This document shows positions 18,790-28,959 of a stretch of 64,000 nucleotides of DNA, one piece after another (position 1 is the first letter of the stretch; the number at the start of each line of letters is the position of its first letter). Made by a program: the position numbers and the translations under genes. Source of the stretch: Fibrobacterota bacterium. GTDB taxonomy: Bacteria > Fibrobacterota > Fibrobacteria > UBA11236. The notes under the pieces were generated by a model that was given only the letters and a program-made list of their open reading frames with translations, made no database searches and was not told where the DNA came from. The stretch lies in NCBI GenBank assembly GCA_947466585.1, contig CANIEU010000005.1, positions 64,412 to 128,411 of the forward strand, written 5' to 3'.

Positions 18790-19745
18790 GCGCGTTTCCC
18801 GGAGTTCTGGTCGAGTTCCATTTTTTGTTGCAGTCGAATTCCTTCGTAGAAGTGCGCAGGATCGGGTTCTTTCCCGGTCCACAGCCGGAACGAGGCGATT
18901 CCCTGATGTACCAGCATCCCGAGCCCGCCGACGGTCGAACATCCCTTGGCCCGTGCAGCCTGAATCAAGGCTGTTTCCTCGGGATTGTACACGATGTCGT
19001 AGACGATTTGAGACGGCTTCAGGAGGTCGCCGGGCAGCGGACTCGCGCTCACGTTCGGATGCATGCCCACCGGTGTGGTGTTCACGATGACGTCAAAATC
19101 GCCGTGGGTATGTTGCGCCGTGGCATAGTCGTCCAGCGCAATGGCCCGGATGTCGAATTGGGGAGCGGCGGCTTTTACTTCGGCGATGAGGTCAGTGGAT
19201 TTTTCGGGAGCGCGCGCCACCAAGGTTGCGGTGCGAGCGTGCGTCAAGAGAGCCAAGGCGAAGGCGATGGTGCGGGCGGAACCGCCGTTGCCAAGAATGG
19301 CCACGGACTTGCCGTCAAAGCTATGACCGGCATCACGGAAGGCGTTGATGAAACCTTCGGGGTCGGTGGTGGTGCCGTGGAGTTTCCCATCGCGATGCAC
19401 GATGGTATTGACAGCGCCCATCACTCGCGAAATATTCGAGATGGTGTCGCACAGAGGCACCACCGATTGTTTGTGCGGCATGGTCACGTTGACGCCGAGA
19501 AATCCGACCGCCTTCAAAGCCTTCAGCAGGTTGGCGAGTCCAGAGGTCTCTACCGGAAAGGGGACGTATACCAGATCCAAGCCGAGTCCCTGGATTCCGC
19601 CGTTGTGCATGGCGGGCGAGTACGAGTGCGACAGAGGGTTGCCGAAAATGCCGAGCAACCGTGTCGATCCGCGAATCAGGCTTGAAGGCCCTGACTGCTC
19701 TAAAGGCAAAACGGGAAGGTCGGACTGTTGCGACGGTGTCGGCAT
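18786..19745 (-). CDS. aroE: Shikimate dehydrogenase
   Basis: GNPLSHSYSPAMHN, NVTMPHK, GAVNT, GNGGSAR, NTTPVGM, DIVYNP, GLGMLVHQG. Confidence 0.95.
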   Translation of the reverse strand: MPTPSQQSDLPVLPLEQSGPSSLIRGSTRLLGIFGNPLSHSYSPAMHNGGIQGLGLDLVYVPFPVETSGLANLLKALKAVGFLGVNVTMPHKQSVVPLCDTISNISRVMGAVNTIVHRDGKLHGTTTDPEGFINAFRDAGHSFDGKSVAILGNGGSARTIAFALALLTHARTATLVARAPEKSTDLIAEVKAAAPQFDIRAIALDDYATAQHTHGDFDVIVNTTPVGMHPNVSASPLPGDLLKPSQIVYDIVYNPEETALIQAARAKGCSTVGGLGMLVHQGIASFRLWTGKEPDPAHFYEGIRLQQKMELDQNSGKRA

Positions 19746-19763
19746 TTGGAGGGCTTTACCCGG

Positions 19764-21893
19764 TTAGTACTTCCGGGGTTCCGATGGGTTTGGAGGTTTC
19801 GTGAGATTCGAAAGATTTGTAAGGCGAAGTGAGACCACGCCTTCCGCGAAAAGTAACAACGCGGCGATTCCCAACAGGACCGAACGGAGTCGGACGCCCC
19901 CGTAAAGCTTCCGCCAATCTTCATCTGCGTCCAGGAGCAAGGTTTGCCTCCCGGCCGTTTCGCCCAGAAGCTCGCGGAATCGTACCCGATCGGAGGCCTG
20001 AAACGGTGGGGGAGGTTCGGCGAGAGTCGCGGCGAACCAGGTGGTATCGTGTGCGGATTCGACGCGGTAGACGCCCTGTCGGTTGAACGGTCCGAGGATC
20101 CATCCTCCAGGTTCACCGCGCATCTCTCTGAACCTGTCGCCTTGGGGCCCGAATACCCGCAAAGTACCCTCCCCGACATCTTCTCCTTCGCCCTTGTCCG
20201 CGTCTGCGATCACGAGTTGGGAGTCGGTGTCTATGGACCGAGATTCGATGCCTGCGGCCCAGGCTTTCGCGAGAATCGCCTGATGGGCCAGTGCGGCCCA
20301 CGGGCCAAGACCGATATCGCTCCACGTTGGTTCGGAGAGCGAGGTGGTCCATAACAGGATCTCGCCGCCTCCCACTGCCCGTTCTACCAGCAGGGGAAGG
20401 GGTTTGGTGCCCTTCAGGGCATCTCCGGTGCGGGATTCCGTCGTCAGCAGGACGGTCGTTCCGGTTGCGGGCTGAAATCCGAAAGCCGTAGTCACCTTAC
20501 CCGGCGCACCCCAACGCTCCGCGCGTATTCCCACCGTTGCGAGGCCTGCAGCAACCGGGTAGGCGGCAACCGGAGACCGAGAGGCCGCAACCGGGCCGGC
20601 CACGGTCAGGCGCCCGAGGCCCAGCGGTACGAGCAGATTCCGGTTCCATAAAACCGGATCGGTGTGGGGACCTGTTTCCAGAATCACCTTACCACCACTG
20701 CGAATCACAGCCGCAGCGCGTGCCAGCAGCGCTGCGTCCGCATTCGGCGGGTTCGCGAGGTAGAGCAGTTTGCAATCGGTCCAATCGGTAGTCATGCCGA
20801 GATTTTCAGGGACGAGAGAGCGGATGCGCAGGCGCTGGCCGCCCTCACCGAGCGTCGCGAGGGATGCTGCAGCCCCACGTGGGCCCACGTGGCAAAGTGT
20901 GGCCGGCGGAGGAACCCGAAACACGGCCGACACCGAAGCGAAAGCGACCTTATTCCGTGCCGAATCCGCGTCTTGGAGAGTGAACGTCCCTGAGATCCAT
21001 TGCGTCCCACGTTGCTCAGAAAGCGGGATCACCACTTCGACTCGGGTAACGCCCCCGCCTGTTTTCACGGAAGCTGGTCGTTGCGTGCGGGCGGTGCTCC
21101 ATCGTGGCGGTTGTTGTGCGGCGGCACTAGGCGCATGGAGCGTGACCATCCCTTCCTTCGTGAAGTCCGCGACGACGGGTCCAAAGGCGCGCAAACGTGC
21201 GGCTGTGCTGCCGTAATCGGTCACGATCAGACGCGCCTCGGGATGCGCTTCGAGCCATGGCCGTGCTGCTTTGGCGAGTGCATCGGCCTCGCGGGTATCG
21301 AATATCGGAACGAATACATGCAAGGTTCCCTGTCTACCGGACCGGCGTGCGGCGTAGGCCCCGTTATGCAACAGGCGTGTGTACCCTTCCGCCGGAGAGC
21401 CGAACCGTGCAACGAACGGTGTCATCGACACATCGTTCTCGGTGTTCTTACCGACGGTCGCACCAGGGATTCCTTCGTCGGGAATCAGGCGTTCGACGTA
21501 GGTATTACCGCCCGTGAGCGAATCCAGTTGCCGGTGCAAGGCGTTCTGCTGGTCGAACAGAGGCTCCCCCGTGCCGGGCGAGGGCAAGGCGGCGTACGCT
21601 CCGTTGTGGAGCAGGAGTATAGCGGATCCCGGAGGTTGCAAAAGGGAGTGGCCCCGCCACACCGGACCGGCAGCTGCCAGCAATAAAAAGAGAATCGCCA
21701 GTGTGCGCAAAATGAGTTGCAACCAGTTTTTGAGCCGATGCTTGCGCATGGCGCGCTGCAACGACTCCCGCACCGGCAACAGACTGGGGAAGTCGCGGGT
21801 CTTCGGCTGGGCCCGCCCCATCAGGGCGATGGCCAAAGGCACGGCGAGCAGCGGCGCGAGCCAAAAGAGTGCGGGGGTGAGGAAGGAGAACAT
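19764..21893 (-). CDS. BatA-domain membrane protein
   Basis: N-terminal FSFLTPALFWL...P...FPSL...LQLILRTLAILFLLLAAAGP; C-terminal TM helix ending LLLFAEG. Confidence 0.75.
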   Translation of the reverse strand: MFSFLTPALFWLAPLLAVPLAIALMGRAQPKTRDFPSLLPVRESLQRAMRKHRLKNWLQLILRTLAILFLLLAAAGPVWRGHSLLQPPGSAILLLHNGAYAALPSPGTGEPLFDQQNALHRQLDSLTGGNTYVERLIPDEGIPGATVGKNTENDVSMTPFVARFGSPAEGYTRLLHNGAYAARRSGRQGTLHVFVPIFDTREADALAKAARPWLEAHPEARLIVTDYGSTAARLRAFGPVVADFTKEGMVTLHAPSAAAQQPPRWSTARTQRPASVKTGGGVTRVEVVIPLSEQRGTQWISGTFTLQDADSARNKVAFASVSAVFRVPPPATLCHVGPRGAAASLATLGEGGQRLRIRSLVPENLGMTTDWTDCKLLYLANPPNADAALLARAAAVIRSGGKVILETGPHTDPVLWNRNLLVPLGLGRLTVAGPVAASRSPVAAYPVAAGLATVGIRAERWGAPGKVTTAFGFQPATGTTVLLTTESRTGDALKGTKPLPLLVERAVGGGEILLWTTSLSEPTWSDIGLGPWAALAHQAILAKAWAAGIESRSIDTDSQLVIADADKGEGEDVGEGTLRVFGPQGDRFREMRGEPGGWILGPFNRQGVYRVESAHDTTWFAATLAEPPPPFQASDRVRFRELLGETAGRQTLLLDADEDWRKLYGGVRLRSVLLGIAALLLFAEGVVSLRLTNLSNLTKPPNPSEPRKY

Positions 21894-21942
21894 GGGGGAA
21901 AACGGTTTGTGCGAGGAGTCTCAGTACGTGGGTTGAGAAGGA

Positions 21943-22845
21943 TTACGGAAGGATTCTTCTAAGGGCCCCATCCAACGGCTCGTCTGTGCGGACGGTGACG
22001 AGACGCAGGTTGAGCTTGGAACAAGCGGCGGCCATCCGCAACGCGTGTTCCTTGAGCGCGGCGGTGTAGGCCGGTCGGGATTGTGCGGCGGCGATCTCCA
22101 GCGTTTCGCCTGATTCCATATCGCGTAAGCGAAAGGTTCCGTCTCCGAAAAATTCCTCTTCGTCCCTGGTGCGCAGCTGAACCACTGTGGCCGCCCGGCT
22201 TTTTCGGCGGATGCGCCGCAGCCCCGCCGCAACGGCATCGGCATCTTGCCACAGGTCGGTGAAGAGGAATACGAAGCTCTGTCCGGTAATGCGGGCCGCC
22301 TCTTGGACGAACAGTGTTTCGAGGTCGGTTTGGCCCGCATTCCGCAGCGCATCGAGGCGCGCGAGCACTTCAGAAGTCGCGCGCGGGCCGCTGGCGGGAG
22401 GAAGAAAGGATTCCAGACGTTCACCCCCGGTTGCCAGCGAGACGGCATCGCGCTGCCGTTCGGCGAGCACGGTCAGCGCGGCCGCAAGCACGCGCGCGGC
22501 ATCGAGTTTGGAAAGCCCGGTCTCGGTGTTCACCGCGTCTGCGGTGTAGCCCATCGAGGCGGATGTATCGAGCAGCAGATGCACCCGTGTATTGGTCTCG
22601 TCACGGTATTGACGGGTGACCAGTTGGTCGCGCCGACCGTACACCTTCCAGTCGAGATGGCGCAGATCGTCGCCAGGCACGTAGCCTTTGAACTGCGCGA
22701 ACTCGGAGGAGTAGCCGTGAAACGGCGAGCGGTGCGTGCCGGCGAGAGCGCCTTCGAGCACGATCTTCGCACGCAGCTTTAGGCCCAGCACGCGGGCGAG
22801 AAGATCCGGAGACAGGGCCGGCGAGGCAGAGGTCGGGGTTTGCAC
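21943..22845 (-). CDS. DUF58 (vWA-like) protein
   Basis: G.HRSPFHGYSSEF, YVPGDDLRHLDWKVYGR, DTSASM, TDL. Confidence 0.9.
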   Translation of the reverse strand: MQTPTSASPALSPDLLARVLGLKLRAKIVLEGALAGTHRSPFHGYSSEFAQFKGYVPGDDLRHLDWKVYGRRDQLVTRQYRDETNTRVHLLLDTSASMGYTADAVNTETGLSKLDAARVLAAALTVLAERQRDAVSLATGGERLESFLPPASGPRATSEVLARLDALRNAGQTDLETLFVQEAARITGQSFVFLFTDLWQDADAVAAGLRRIRRKSRAATVVQLRTRDEEEFFGDGTFRLRDMESGETLEIAAAQSRPAYTAALKEHALRMAAACSKLNLRLVTVRTDEPLDGALRRILP

Positions 22846-22888
22846 GGTTACAAGATAAACGGTCGCAAGAGGCGTCTACCCGGTGGGC

Positions 22889-24073
22889 TCACTCGAAATG
22901 AAGGGTCGGCTTGAAGGAGGGACTTTCGAGCCGCGCGGCTTCGGCCTGGGTTTCTTTCCACGCCGCGTGCTCACATCCGGCCCTTAGTTTCTCCCGCAAT
23001 TCCTCAAGGCCGATTTTCTTTTCGGCCGAGATGAAGGTCGCATCGGAGTAATGTGCGCGCAGTCCTTCGAGCTGTTCGGGTTCGAGCCGGTCGATTTTGT
23101 TGAAAACCGTCAGGCGCGGCGTTTCGGTGATTCCGAGTTCGGTGAGAATGCGGGCCGTGATTTCCATTTGTTCTTCGAAGTCGGGAGACGAGGCATCCAC
23201 GACGTTCAGAATGTGGGTGGCCTGCGCCGCCACGCTGAGCGTGCTTTTAAAGGAGGTAACCAAGCCGACCGGAAGTTTGCGGATGAACCCCACCGTATCC
23301 GAGAGCACCGCTTTTTGGCTGCCGCCGAGCCAGAGTTGGCGTGTCGTGGGATCGAGCGTGGCGAAAAGTTTGTCGACCGCTTCTACGCCCGCCTGTGTCA
23401 GCGCGTTCATCAAGGTCGATTTGCCCGCGTTGGTGTAGCCCACCAGCGCCGCGTGAAAGGTGGGACGGCGACGGTCGCGTTGCGAGGTCCGGATGCTTTC
23501 GACTTTTTGGAGTTTCTTTTTCAGGTCGGCGATGCGTTTGCGGATCGCCCTTCGGTCGGTTTCGAGTTGGGTCTCACCGGGTCCGCGCATGCCGATGCCG
23601 ACACCGCCCGCTTGCCGCGAAAGGTGCGTCCAGGCGCGGGTGAGGCGGGGGAGCATGTATTCGAGTTGCGCAACCTCGACCTGGATCTTGGCTTCGGCTG
23701 TGCGCGCATGCTTGGCGAAGATATCGAGGATGATACCGCTGCGATCCATGATCTTCACCTTGAGGATCTCTTCAAGCTTTTTGATCTGGGATCCGGAAAG
23801 ATCTTCGTCGAACAGGACGATATCGGCTTCGTATTGTTCCACTAAGGCGGCGACTTCACGGGCCTTGCCTTCGCCGATCATGGTGGTGGCGTCAAAGGAC
23901 GGGCGGCGTTGCAGCACGCGATCGACGACCACCGCACCGGCGGTTTCAGCAAGCCGTTCCAATTCTTCCAAATGTTCGCGGGCTTGCCGCGGTGTGACCT
24001 CGCGCGTGGCCACGCCGACGAGGATGGCTTTTTCGGGGCCTTTGCGAGTTTCTTTTTTCGAGTCGTTTTCCAT
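22889..24073 (-). CDS. hflX: GTPase HflX
   Basis: GPGETQLETDRR, GYTNAGKSTL, LFATLDPT, DTVGFI, NKID. Confidence 0.96.
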   Translation of the reverse strand: MENDSKKETRKGPEKAILVGVATREVTPRQAREHLEELERLAETAGAVVVDRVLQRRPSFDATTMIGEGKAREVAALVEQYEADIVLFDEDLSGSQIKKLEEILKVKIMDRSGIILDIFAKHARTAEAKIQVEVAQLEYMLPRLTRAWTHLSRQAGGVGIGMRGPGETQLETDRRAIRKRIADLKKKLQKVESIRTSQRDRRRPTFHAALVGYTNAGKSTLMNALTQAGVEAVDKLFATLDPTTRQLWLGGSQKAVLSDTVGFIRKLPVGLVTSFKSTLSVAAQATHILNVVDASSPDFEEQMEITARILTELGITETPRLTVFNKIDRLEPEQLEGLRAHYSDATFISAEKKIGLEELREKLRAGCEHAAWKETQAEAARLESPSFKPTLHFE

Positions 24074-24107
24074 GGAGTGCGAAAGGTACAAAGCAGGGGG
24101 GCTCACC

Positions 24108-24728
24108 TCAGTCCAGTCGCACCGCTTTGTGTGTTACTGAGGAAGTTTTCCCGTTGGCCGACGCAACAATACGCACGGTGTACATTCCGCTCGAGACCCG
24201 GTGGCCGTTTTGGTCTTTGCCGTCCCAAGTCAATTCGCGAATGTCCGCAGGTGGATCGAGCCCTTGGCGCCAAACCTTTCGGCCTGAAAGGTCAGAAAGG
24301 GTTACCGATACCTATTCGGTGTTCGCATCCAAGACAGGAAGCGGCAACACATACTGCATAGCATAGCCGGTCACTCGAATCGAAAAGGATTCCGTTTCGC
24401 CCGGGCCCAATTTGCCAAGCGGTGTAGTGGTCGCGATGCTCACCGCCATGCTATCGGATAAGCCGTTGAAATCGTTGTCCACGATCGCGGCGAACAGGCT
24501 TCCGTTCCAGGCGACATCCTGAATGGCGCGCAAGGTGCCGACGCCCGCATCGCGCTGCGTCCACGTAATTCCGTCCGGGGAGTTGACGAGCGCGCCCCGC
24601 ATGCCGACGGCGACATAAACGCTGCAGTTCCAGCTGACGGCTTTGAATTCCGTTGACCCGTCCAAAACTCCTTGGGCCCTCAACGGCATCGGGTGCATAA
24701 AAAACAGGGACACAAAAAGGAGCGACAT
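24108..24728 (-). pseudogene. Secreted protein remnant: signal peptide, two propeller-like blades and a FlgD-Ig-like C-terminal domain, interrupted by an in-frame TAG at 24312-24314
   Basis: Reading through the TAG gives VSVTLSDLSGRKVWR...LTWDGKDQNGHRVSSGMYTVRI...VRLD* (TGA at 24108-24110). Confidence 0.7.
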
Positions 24729-24969
24729 GAAGCGAACCGAAATCTGGACATTGGAACCAGACAACAGGTTGAATCCGGATATGCGATGACCCGATCGTTG
24801 AAAAATGATAATGAACTAGTTGGGAATAACCCGTCAAAGTTTTTTAATTATCAGATAATGGACAAATTGAAACACGGAAATAAAGGTGTCAATGGGACGT
24901 CATCGCTTCAATAAAAATCTGCTAGCCGGCGCTCTTTAAAAGGGCAGGGTATTCACAAGCCATTGAGAA

Positions 24970-25036
24970 GGCTCGCAATGGCTCGCAATGGCTCGCAATG
25001 GCTCGCAATGGCTCGCAATGGCTCGCAATGGCTCGC
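24970..25036 (+). repeat. Perfect 10-bp tandem repeat (GCTCGCAATG) x6 plus a partial copy
   Basis: Copies start at 24971, 24981, 24991, 25001, 25011 and 25021. Confidence 0.97.
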
Positions 25037-25108
25037 GACGACTTGTAATTGATTGTAATGTCTTGTGAAGGTGGGGAATAGCTTGTGATGCCTATCCCGG
25101 AACCTGAA

Positions 25109-26893
25109 CTATTCCCACTCGATCGTGCCGGGTGGCTTGTGCGTCACATCGTATAACAACGCACCTGCACCGAGCGCTCTCAATTCCTTCCACAGCGCAT
25201 CGAGCAAGGCGAAAGGTAGTTCCGCAAAACGCGCCGTCATGGCCTCGCTCGAGGAAACGGGCCGCAACACGAAAACCGGTCCGCCGCCCTTGGTCAACGG
25301 CAGAAGTACGACCGGCATTTGCCAAACAGCCGCATACAGGTTCTCGCGTTTGAGCGCCGCCGTGCAAAGAGCGTCGGCCTCTCGTAACAGGTTCAGGCTG
25401 TCCGATTCGCAGTACAAGGGGATGGGCGTATAAGCTCCCTCCGCCGCGTGCGTTTCCAGCACGATGCGGTTCACCGCACGCACGCGGTTGAGCACCACGG
25501 TGGCGGTTTCGTCCGCAAGCTTCCATTCCCGGGTGCCCCGGATCAATCCCGGATGCGCGTAGGTGCGGGCATCGCCCTGCACGCCCACGCTCTTGATGGG
25601 TAGAATCTCTCCCGTCAGGCCCGCAGCCGCAAGGATCGGAGCGATCGCAGCGCTGTCTTTTTCCGAAGCTGGTTCGCCATCGCCGTTCGAACAAAGAAGG
25701 CGTACGCCAAGCCCCGGGCCAGGGAAGGGGTGGCGGTCGAGCAACGGATCGGGAATGCCGAGACGGCGACCCAGTTCGCGCACTTCATCCTTGTACAGTT
25801 CCGCAAGGGGCTCTACCACCATGCCTTGCGCCATGAGGTCCAGAATACCCTGCACACGATTGTGGTGGGTCTTGATCACCGCTGCGTGCGCCGTGCCGCC
25901 GCTCTCGATCGTGTCGGGATAAATGGTGCCCTGTGCGAGCATCCACTCGGTCGGGTCCAGATTCAGTTCCGCGATCGCCACATCCTTCACATGCAGGAAG
26001 GTTTCGCCGATCACCTTGCGCTTGGCTTCGGGTTCGGTCAGGCCGAGGAGATTGTCCAAAAAGCGATCGGTTGCATCCGCGATTTTCAGATTATCAAAAC
26101 CTTGCGCATGCATGAACGCGAGTACCTCGGCACTTTCGTCCTTGCGCATCAGACCGTTGTCGATGTGCAGGCCCAGCACGCGGTCGGGGCCGAGCGCGCG
26201 GTTGAGCAGTTCAAACGCCACGGTGGAATCGACTCCGCCGCTGACGAGGAGGAACACCTTCTTGCCTGCGCACTGTTTGCTGAGTTGTTCCTGAATCGTT
26301 TGCACGTAATGATCCATGTTCCAGTCGAACGCGCAGCCGCAGATCGACAGGAAGTTGCGCAGCATCGTTTGCCCTTCGAGGCTGTGCGTCACTTCGGGGT
26401 GGAACTGCATCCCGTAAAACTTGCGGGCGTCGTCACCCACCGCGGCCTGGGCGCAATCGGAGGTCGAACCGATGTTGCGGAAACCGGGAGCGGGGGAGGA
26501 GACCTCGTCGCCGTGGCTCATCCACACAATGCTCTCGGCGGAAATATCACGGAACAGAGCGTGACCAGCCTCGGCACGCAATGCGGCGGGGCCGAACTCG
26601 TGCACCAGACCGCGCTTCACTTCGCCGCCCAAGGTCTTCGCCATCAATTGATGCCCGTAACACAGGCCGAGTACCGGCAATCCGAGCGCGAAGATGCCCA
26701 GCTCGCATTGCGGGGCCCCGGGCTCATACACCGACGACGGACCCCCGGAAAGTATGATTCCCTTGTAACCGACCAATTCTTCAGGTTTTACATGAGCCGG
26801 AACCACTTCCGAGTAAACCCCGAGTTGCCGGATGCGGCGGGCGATGAGGTGGGTGTACTGGCCGCCGAAATCCACAACTGCGATCTTTTCCAT
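25109..26893 (-). CDS. guaA: GMP synthase (glutamine-hydrolysing)
   Basis: DFGGQYTHLIARR, GLCYGHQ, QFHPEV, SGGVDS, IKTHHN, HPFPGPGL, KPPGTIEWE. Confidence 0.97.
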   Translation of the reverse strand: MEKIAVVDFGGQYTHLIARRIRQLGVYSEVVPAHVKPEELVGYKGIILSGGPSSVYEPGAPQCELGIFALGLPVLGLCYGHQLMAKTLGGEVKRGLVHEFGPAALRAEAGHALFRDISAESIVWMSHGDEVSSPAPGFRNIGSTSDCAQAAVGDDARKFYGMQFHPEVTHSLEGQTMLRNFLSICGCAFDWNMDHYVQTIQEQLSKQCAGKKVFLLVSGGVDSTVAFELLNRALGPDRVLGLHIDNGLMRKDESAEVLAFMHAQGFDNLKIADATDRFLDNLLGLTEPEAKRKVIGETFLHVKDVAIAELNLDPTEWMLAQGTIYPDTIESGGTAHAAVIKTHHNRVQGILDLMAQGMVVEPLAELYKDEVRELGRRLGIPDPLLDRHPFPGPGLGVRLLCSNGDGEPASEKDSAAIAPILAAAGLTGEILPIKSVGVQGDARTYAHPGLIRGTREWKLADETATVVLNRVRAVNRIVLETHAAEGAYTPIPLYCESDSLNLLREADALCTAALKRENLYAAVWQMPVVLLPLTKGGGPVFVLRPVSSSEAMTARFAELPFALLDALWKELRALGAGALLYDVTHKPPGTIEWE

Positions 26894-27316
26894 GGGCGGT
26901 AAAAGTAGCTACGCGGGCGGGATTCTTCGGGGTGGAGATGTGGGATTTACCGGGATTCCCTACGTACATCGCCCCATCGAAAATGCTCAGGGTGAGGCCT
27001 AAATTCAAGTACGCCCGGAACAATGATGTGTTCGGAACCACGGAGCTCGCAATGCCAGAACCACTATCCCCAGACATTCTCCTTCCGAACCTCGCCTCCC
27101 AGGGAGTATCCGATTCGTTTGAGCATATCAGCCGTGGAGCGCACGGACGCTTTGGAATCGAAGAAGAGAGGCTTCGCGGCCGATTCGGGAGATGTTCCAG
27201 ATGCCCAAAACACCCGACGAGATCGCTCGCGACGCCGCCCGGAATACGGAAATCCGCAAAACCGGGGAGAATCTCGGCATCTAGGTTAGCGAAGTTCCGG
27301 GAACGTCCCGTTTTGC

Positions 27317-28798
27317 TTAGGCCAGCTTCCGCGCCATTTCAATCAACGTTTTCAGGCCGAAGCCCGTCGCGCCCGATTTCACATATTTCCAAGGCGAAGT
27401 CACGAAAGCCGTGCCGGCGATATCCCAGTGCGACCACTTCGCGCCTTCGGGCACAAACTCCTGCAGGAACAGTCCCGCCGTGATGGCGCCCGCTTCGCCC
27501 TTGCTCGTAACGTTCTTCATGTCGGCGGTCGGGTCGTCCATCCACTCGCGGTACTCGGCTTCGAGCGGCAGCTCCCAGAACTTTTCACCGTGCGCAGCAC
27601 CCGCCTTGCGGATCGCCTTTGCAAAGCCTTCGTCGTTGGCGAACAGTCCGGTCATGGCCGTACCGAGCGCACGCACCACCGCGCCGGTCAGAGTCGCGAG
27701 GTTGATGATGTGCGTAGCGCCGAGCGTACCAGCCTCGTAGAGACCATCCGACAACACCAGTCGGCCTTCCGCGTCGGTGTTGTCCACCATTACGGTTTTG
27801 CCGTTGCGCGCCTTAAAGATGTCGCCGGGCAGCACAGAGGCGTTGCCCGGGCGGTTCTCGGCGAGGCACAGCACCGCGCTCACGTTGGCGGGGATCTTCA
27901 GGTCCGCGATGGCGCACAAGGCGGCGAGTGTGGTGGCCGCACCCGCCATGTCGCATTTCATTTCCCACATGCTGGTCGGGGGTTTCAGGCTGATACCGCC
28001 CGTGTCGAACGTCACGCCCTTGCCGACGATGCACAATTTGTCCGTCGCCTTGCCCTTCTTCGCGCCCTTGTATTCCAAGGTCACCATGCGCGGCGGGCGA
28101 TCGGAACCTTTGCCCACGGTCCACAAGCCGAGATAGCCTTCGGCCTGCAATTGCTTTTCGTCGCGCACCTTCACGGTGAGTCCGTGCTTCTTGGCCATTT
28201 TCACGGCGATGGCGGCGAAGGCCACCGGATCGAGATCCGAGCCCGGCGTGTTCACCCAATCGCGGAGGTTGCGCATATGCGCGAAGGTGATTTCGGTTTC
28301 CGTCAGGGCGGCGAGCGCCGACTTTCGTTCCGAGTCTTTCACGCGGACCACGACTTCCGTTTCGATCCTCTTGGCAGGCTCGCTCTTGTAGGCGTTGAAC
28401 GCGTAGTCTGCGTAGTACAGCCCCTCCAGTAGGGCGCGGACGTCGTCCGCTCCTGCGCGGTCGAGGAGCAGTGTCACTGACGCAGCCGCGCGGGAGCGCG
28501 CCGCCTCGTAGGCATGGCCCGCGGCGATGCGCAGACGTTCGCCGCGATCGAGTCCCTTGCGTTGCGGGACGCGGGTCACCAGAAGGCGGCGCGCGCCGTG
28601 CTGGAACCATTCGGAATCGACACTGATCGACTTGTCTTGTTGCCCCGCCAGCAATGCGTTTACGGAAGCGGACCAAACGGCAGAGTCATCGGGGGAGAGG
28701 CCGCCCAATAATTTCTTGTCTTCACTCCAGAGAACCTGAAGTGCGGGGGATTTTGATTTCGTGTCGAGGCTACCGAAGCTTTGGATGCGGATTTTCAT
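27317..28798 (-). CDS. pepA: Leucyl aminopeptidase (M17)
   Basis: VGKGVTFDTGGISLKP, MKCDMAG, NTDAEGRLVL, ATLTGA, HWDIAGT. Confidence 0.95.
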   Translation of the reverse strand: MKIRIQSFGSLDTKSKSPALQVLWSEDKKLLGGLSPDDSAVWSASVNALLAGQQDKSISVDSEWFQHGARRLLVTRVPQRKGLDRGERLRIAAGHAYEAARSRAAASVTLLLDRAGADDVRALLEGLYYADYAFNAYKSEPAKRIETEVVVRVKDSERKSALAALTETEITFAHMRNLRDWVNTPGSDLDPVAFAAIAVKMAKKHGLTVKVRDEKQLQAEGYLGLWTVGKGSDRPPRMVTLEYKGAKKGKATDKLCIVGKGVTFDTGGISLKPPTSMWEMKCDMAGAATTLAALCAIADLKIPANVSAVLCLAENRPGNASVLPGDIFKARNGKTVMVDNTDAEGRLVLSDGLYEAGTLGATHIINLATLTGAVVRALGTAMTGLFANDEGFAKAIRKAGAAHGEKFWELPLEAEYREWMDDPTADMKNVTSKGEAGAITAGLFLQEFVPEGAKWSHWDIAGTAFVTSPWKYVKSGATGFGLKTLIEMARKLA

Positions 28799-28959
28799 GG
28801 AGGGACAAGGTAGGAAGCTGCGGGGGAAAGCTCCGAATGCGGCGGGGAGCGAACAGGGCCGCCGCGTTGAGAACGGATAGGGAGATCCAGAACGAATCGT
28901 ATGGATGTCCCCCCCCCTCCGAGGTGCAATCACAGGACGGCTGCCACACCGACACCGCA

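Noticed and set aside
24312..24314. Genome-wide TAG recoding or pyrrolysine
   Set aside because: TAG ends many intact genes here at their expected C-termini (prc, ftsK, fabG, peroxiredoxin, rnc)
24970..25036. Possible CRISPR array
   Set aside because: 10-bp units are directly adjacent with no spacers, and no cas genes are in the window
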